Program-made: the position numbers and the translations under genes | From: an uncultured Gammaproteobacteria bacterium | GTDB lineage: Bacteria > Patescibacteriota > Patescibacteriia > Patescibacteriales > UBA12465 | Length of the DNA stretch: 44,755 nt | NCBI GenBank assembly: GCA_964604915.1 | Contig: CAZSAA010000002.1 | Location: 1,783 to 46,537 of the forward strand | Direction: 5' to 3' | The notes under the pieces: generated by a model | Seen by the model: only the letters and a program-made list of their open reading frames with translations | Told to the model about the DNA's origin: nothing | Database searches by the model: none | In this document: piece by piece, positions 40,919 to 44,755 of the stretch | Numbering within the stretch: the first letter of the stretch is position 1 | Layout: each line of letters begins with the position of its first letter

Positions 40919-43530
40919 AGTTGCTTAGTTATATTTTCGAGTTCTAACTCTAGCTTAACAAGCTTCTGTCTCTCTTGCTCGACGATATGAGCTGGTGCGC
41001 GGTCGATAAATTCCTGGTTAGCCAAGCGCCCCTTAAGAGAAGTAACAAGAGATGAGAGACGAGTCTGCTCTTTGGCGAGGCGATCCTTCTCCTTGGCCGA
41101 ATCGACCGCGCCAAGCAAATATATGATATCCCCACCGGAAACGATGGTTATCGCGTCAGCGATTTCCTCTTCTTTCTTGATGATCTCTATCTCGGACAAA
41201 CCGGTCTTGAGACTCCTTATCAGCGCCAAGTTAGCCGCCACGACAGGGGAAGTAGTGATGAGTTTGGCAGAGAGTTTCTTGCCCGGCTCGATGCCATGCT
41301 CACTACGAGCATTGCGGATCGAGGTGATAAGGGCGGAAACTGGCAAGAAATCCTGTGGTGCGCTAGCTAGCTCAGCCAGGATACTGGCGAATCCCTCCTT
41401 GCCGAACCATTGAGAGATAAGAAGCGGCTCATCGCTACCTTGTCGCCAGATCGCTTCGGTAACGAAGGGGATGAAGGGGTGCCAAAGCATCAGGGTCTGA
41501 CGAAGGATGAAGGAGAACATCTCCGCTTTGCCTTCCGGTTCGAACTTGGATACTTCCAAATACCAATCGGCTAACTTATTCCAGGTGAAATCGGTCAAAG
41601 TTTCCGCCGCCAAGGAAAATTCGTAGCTATCCAGCAACTCATAAGTGGAAACAGCGGCTTGGGCTAAAGAATGAAGGATCCACCGGTCCGCTGCACTCTT
41701 AGGTTCGGGCAATTTGGAGCCGCTTTTTATATCCGCCCCCTGGCTGATCATGAAACGCGAAACGTTCCACAGCTTATTGATGAAATTACGCTTGGCTTCG
41801 ACTTTCTCTTGACTATAACGGGTGTCATTGCCTGGCGTAGCGCCCATGAGCAGGGATAACCGAGCCGCATCAGCGCCATAGTGCTCAATCACGTCAAGCG
41901 GATTGGTGCCGTTGCCTTTGGACTTACTCATCTTCTTACCATCCTTGTCTAGGATCATCCCATGTAAGTATACATCGTGGAAGGGTATTTCACCTATCGC
42001 AAAGAGCGACATCATTATCATGCGCGATACCCAGAGAGTAATGATTTCATATCCGGTTTCCAGTACTTGCGTAGGGTGGAATTTAGCCAAATCGCCGATC
42101 TTCTTTCCGCCTTGGAAATTTTCCGGCCAGCCCAGCGTAGAGAAGGTCCACATGCCGGAAGAAAACCAAGTATCCAAGGTATCTTCATCCTGGACCCAGC
42201 CGGCTCCCGGCGGGTCTTGTTCGCCGACATAGGTTTCTTCGCCGCGATACCAGACCGGGATGCGATGGCCAAACCAGATCTGGCGCGAAATGCACCAATC
42301 ATGGAGATTTTCCATCCAATCGACATACCGTTTATGGAAACGATTGGGCACAAATTTTATCTCTCCTGCCAGCGCGGCTTCTTTGGCTACTTGCTTCAAG
42401 GACTTTCCCTGGAAACGGTCGAGCGGTTTGTCAACTGCCACGAACCATTGGCGAGAAGGAAGCGGCTCGATCACTGATCCGCAACGATAGCAGAAAGCGC
42501 CGTTATGCACATAGTCTTCGTCAATGTGGTCGATAAGCCCCATGGCTCGCATATCCGCCACTATCTGCTCTCTCGCTTCCGCTACCTTGAGTCCGGCATA
42601 TTTGCCGCAATTATCCATCATCTTGCCATCTTCATCGATAATCTTCCTGCTCGGAAGGTTATGGCGCTGGGCGATCTCGTTATCAACGAAACTATGGGCC
42701 GGGGTCACCTTGATAGCGCCGGAACCGAAAGTCATATCGACCGCCCTATCCGCTACTACCGTAACCATGAACTTGCCGAGTACACCCTTTATCTCTAATT
42801 CCTTCCCTATGTACTCCTGATACCTCGGATCGTCAGGGTGGACCGCCACCGCCGTATCACCCAGCTTGGTTTCGGGTCGCGAAGTAGCAAGCACGAACGG
42901 TCCGTACTTTATCCAATATAGCTTGCTCGGCTCTTCCTTATACTCCACCTCATCATCCGCCAAGGTCGAGTGACAGCGCGGGCACCAATTGACAATACGC
43001 TCTCCTCTATATATAGCCCCCGCCTCGTGCATGTCGCAGAACATCTTCTTGACGGCGGCTTGGCGCGGTTTATCCAAAGTAAAGGCAAGCCGCGACCAAT
43101 CCATGGAGGCGCCCATCTTCTTAGTTTGCAAAAGGATAGTCGCTTGGGTCTCGTTGAGGAATTTCCAAACTTCCGCCAGGAATCTTTCCCGTCCCAAGTC
43201 ATGCCGCGTCTGGCCGCTCTCCTTTAATAGCTTCTTCTCCACCACGTTCTGGGTAGCGATAGCGGCATGATCAGTGCCCGGGATCCACAGAGTGCGATAG
43301 CCATTCATACGGCGATAGCGGATAAGGAGATCCTCGATAGCGATCATAGCGCCATGACCCATGTGTAATTTATCGGTAATGTTAGGGGGAGGCAAGACGA
43401 TAGTATAGGTCGGCGCGTCCTCGGCCAAAGGCAGGTTGTCCGGGTTGAAATAGCCGGAATCCTGCCAATCTTTATAAATCTTGTCTTCCCACTCTGATGG
43501 GGAATACGTCTTGTTCATTTCTATGTCCAT
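40915..43530 (-). CDS. valS: Valine--tRNA ligase
   Basis: Class I motifs are PPPNITDKLHMGHG (HIGH) and KMSKSKGN (KMSKS). A C-terminal coiled coil is present. The tracked start at 43536 is a TTG; ATG 43530 or ATG 43518 is more likely. Confidence 0.95.
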   Translation of the reverse strand: MDIEMNKTYSPSEWEDKIYKDWQDSGYFNPDNLPLAEDAPTYTIVLPPPNITDKLHMGHGAMIAIEDLLIRYRRMNGYRTLWIPGTDHAAIATQNVVEKKLLKESGQTRHDLGRERFLAEVWKFLNETQATILLQTKKMGASMDWSRLAFTLDKPRQAAVKKMFCDMHEAGAIYRGERIVNWCPRCHSTLADDEVEYKEEPSKLYWIKYGPFVLATSRPETKLGDTAVAVHPDDPRYQEYIGKELEIKGVLGKFMVTVVADRAVDMTFGSGAIKVTPAHSFVDNEIAQRHNLPSRKIIDEDGKMMDNCGKYAGLKVAEAREQIVADMRAMGLIDHIDEDYVHNGAFCYRCGSVIEPLPSRQWFVAVDKPLDRFQGKSLKQVAKEAALAGEIKFVPNRFHKRYVDWMENLHDWCISRQIWFGHRIPVWYRGEETYVGEQDPPGAGWVQDEDTLDTWFSSGMWTFSTLGWPENFQGGKKIGDLAKFHPTQVLETGYEIITLWVSRMIMMSLFAIGEIPFHDVYLHGMILDKDGKKMSKSKGNGTNPLDVIEHYGADAARLSLLMGATPGNDTRYSQEKVEAKRNFINKLWNVSRFMISQGADIKSGSKLPEPKSAADRWILHSLAQAAVSTYELLDSYEFSLAAETLTDFTWNKLADWYLEVSKFEPEGKAEMFSFILRQTLMLWHPFIPFVTEAIWRQGSDEPLLISQWFGKEGFASILAELASAPQDFLPVSALITSIRNARSEHGIEPGKKLSAKLITTSPVVAANLALIRSLKTGLSEIEIIKKEEEIADAITIVSGGDIIYLLGAVDSAKEKDRLAKEQTRLSSLVTSLKGRLANQEFIDRAPAHIVEQERQKLVKLELELENITKQL

Positions 43531-43538
43531 ATCCAATC

Positions 43539-43567
43539 AAATTACCAAAAAAATGCCCTATAGTCAA
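43539..43567 (-). promoter_or_regulatory. Candidate promoter of the valS operon
   Basis: The minus strand reads TTGACT-17 nt-TAATTT. The -10 box ends 8 nt before ATG 43530. Confidence 0.5.
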
Positions 43568-43578
43568 TCAAAATACTA

Positions 43579-43607
43579 TTGACTAATGGCAATAATCACG
43601 ATATATT
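43579..43607 (+). promoter_or_regulatory. Candidate promoter of the DHH-family gene
   Basis: TTGACT (43579-43584), a 17-nt spacer, then TATATT (43602-43607), 20 nt upstream of ATG 43628. Confidence 0.55.
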
Positions 43608-43627
43608 AATGAATTGACTTAATCAAA

Positions 43628-44755
43628 ATGCTAGCGATCGAAGAACAGATAAAGGCCCGAATAACCAAGGCTAAGAATATCTTAGTGTGTTTTCCACCGG
43701 ACGGCAATGGCGACGCCATGTCCTCCGGCCTGGCTTTGTATTACTACCTCAAAGTTTTGGGGAAGGAAGCGGATATCGCCTGTAGCCGCCACCCGCAGGA
43801 TAATCCTCGGCTCAAGAAACTTTCCTTCCTGCCCGGCTTCCAGGCTATCGCCACGCAGACCGATAACCTACGATCTTTTATCGTTTCGCTTGATATTAAG
43901 GATGCCAAAGTCAGCCAGATAAAGTATAAGATGGAAAATGACGTCCTCAATTTCATCATTTCCCCTTCGCAAGGCTGGTTCTCAGACAAGGATATCCGCA
44001 CCAGCGCCAGCGGCTTCAAGTATGACCTGATAATCGTTATCGGTTCGAGCGATCTAGAATCCCTAGGTGAAATATATGACAGCCAGATAGAATTTTTCTA
44101 TAAGACAGACATCATCAACCTGGATAACTCCCCGGCCAATGAAGAATTCGGGCAGATTAACCTGGTTGATCTGAGCGCACTTTCCACGGCGGAAATGATA
44201 TTCTTCCTGATCAAGGACGAGAAGGACTATGGGATAGACGAGAATCTCGCTACTTGCCTGCTTTCGGGGGTGATTTGCGCCACCAATAATTTCAAGAGTG
44301 CCAAGCTCTCGCCCCAAACCCTTTTCTGCGCGTCCGAGCTAATCTCCCTGGGCGGCCGCCGCGAAGAAATTTCCGGCAATCTTTTCCGATCCAAAGATAT
44401 CAAAGCCTTGAAGCTATGGGGCCGTATGCTCCAATCAATGGAGGTTGAACCGAAGCTAGGTTTCGTTTGGGTACAAGCCTTAGTTGCTGATTTCGATTCG
44501 ACTAGTACTAGCCCCGATGACCTCTCCGATATTATCGATGAACTTATCGCCAATATCCCGGATATGAAGCTAGCCGCCATATTCTACCAGGACAGGGATA
44601 ATCAGAATGCCGCTATCTTGTATTCCATCCGTAATATAAACTGCCTGGAAATCGCCAAGAATTTTTCGCCTAGCGGCAGCGTGAAGCTCGCCCATATCAA
44701 GGATGGGGATAGCGCCCTGGAAGAATGGAAGAAAAAAGTCATCGACAATATCTCC
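43628..44755 (+). CDS. DHH/DHHA1-family (NrnA-like) protein with degenerate catalytic motifs; 3' end runs off the window
   Basis: This ORF is not in the supplied track. Hand translation gives 376 codons from ATG 43628 to the window end with no stop. The architecture is NrnA-like (ILVCFPPDGNGDAMSSGLALYYYL, DLIIVIGSSD, LATCLLSGVICATNNF). The DHH position reads DNS. Confidence 0.7.
   Translation, partial: MLAIEEQIKARITKAKNILVCFPPDGNGDAMSSGLALYYYLKVLGKEADIACSRHPQDNPRLKKLSFLPGFQAIATQTDNLRSFIVSLDIKDAKVSQIKYKMENDVLNFIISPSQGWFSDKDIRTSASGFKYDLIIVIGSSDLESLGEIYDSQIEFFYKTDIINLDNSPANEEFGQINLVDLSALSTAEMIFFLIKDEKDYGIDENLATCLLSGVICATNNFKSAKLSPQTLFCASELISLGGRREEISGNLFRSKDIKALKLWGRMLQSMEVEPKLGFVWVQALVADFDSTSTSPDDLSDIIDELIANIPDMKLAAIFYQDRDNQNAAILYSIRNINCLEIAKNFSPSGSVKLAHIKDGDSALEEWKKKVIDNIS

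Noticed and set aside
40531-43627. T-box or other riboswitch leaders upstream of valS and pheS.
   Set aside because: The valS upstream region is only about 90 nt and is occupied by two divergent promoters. pheS is separated from the preceding gene by 7 nt. There is no room for a T-box of about 200 nt.
1-44755. A search by eye for CRISPR arrays, IS elements or transposases, integrases, phage genes, toxin-antitoxin pairs, reverse transcriptase or DGR repeats, and known defence-system hallmarks.
   Set aside because: I found no regularly spaced short repeats, no terminal inverted repeats flanking a transposase-like ORF, and no nuclease, ATPase or RT proteins outside housekeeping families. The only notable DNA repeat is the topA Zn-ribbon duplication.
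1-44755. Possible alternative genetic code (for example UGA recoding, as in some candidate phyla).
   Set aside because: All conserved genes are full-length and uninterrupted under the standard bacterial code. TGA is also used as a genuine stop, for example at porB, the GH57/glgA junction, valS and murE.

Overview
The window reads as a compact, almost entirely housekeeping segment of a small bacterial genome. All assignments come from motif recognition by eye; no searches were run.

The Cys-rich two-TM pilin-like secreted protein, the very tight gene packing and the gene content suggest a Patescibacteria/CPR-type organism. This is inference only.

Gene order:
- Plus strand, 1-1892: porB (5' partial) and a pilin-like/3D-domain protein.
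- Minus-strand block, read 25697 down to 1898: yebC-ruvC-glgA-GH57-kinase-ftsK-murE, a 282-nt gap, rpoB-rpoC, a terminator, then 480-aa protein-62-aa protein-murJ-lepA-(31-aa ORF)-recJ-rnhA.
- Plus-strand SIS-domain gene, convergent with gpmI.
- Plus-strand block: LysM/M23 peptidase, small membrane protein, tRNA-Val, tRNA-Pro, LCP, der, pth, topA.
- Minus-strand block: valS-membrane protein-pheS-pheT-105-aa protein, plus an orphan 91-aa gene.
- Plus strand at the right edge: a 3'-open DHH-family ORF that is missing from the supplied ORF track.

I saw no CRISPR array, transposase, integrase, phage gene or recognisable defence system, and cannot honestly point to a clear novel multi-gene system.

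The leads most worth following:
1. A T4SS-pilin-like module fused to a 3D murein-hydrolase-like domain and coupled to porB.
2. A glgA-GH57-APH-type kinase cluster.
3. An uncharacterised anchored 480-aa protein with an overlapping 2-TM peptide, upstream of murJ.
4. An untracked 31-codon membrane ORF that exactly fills the lepA-recJ gap.
5. Recurrent -10 boxes 6-9 nt from start codons, suggesting leaderless mRNAs.
6. Divergent MurE, FtsK and DHH proteins.
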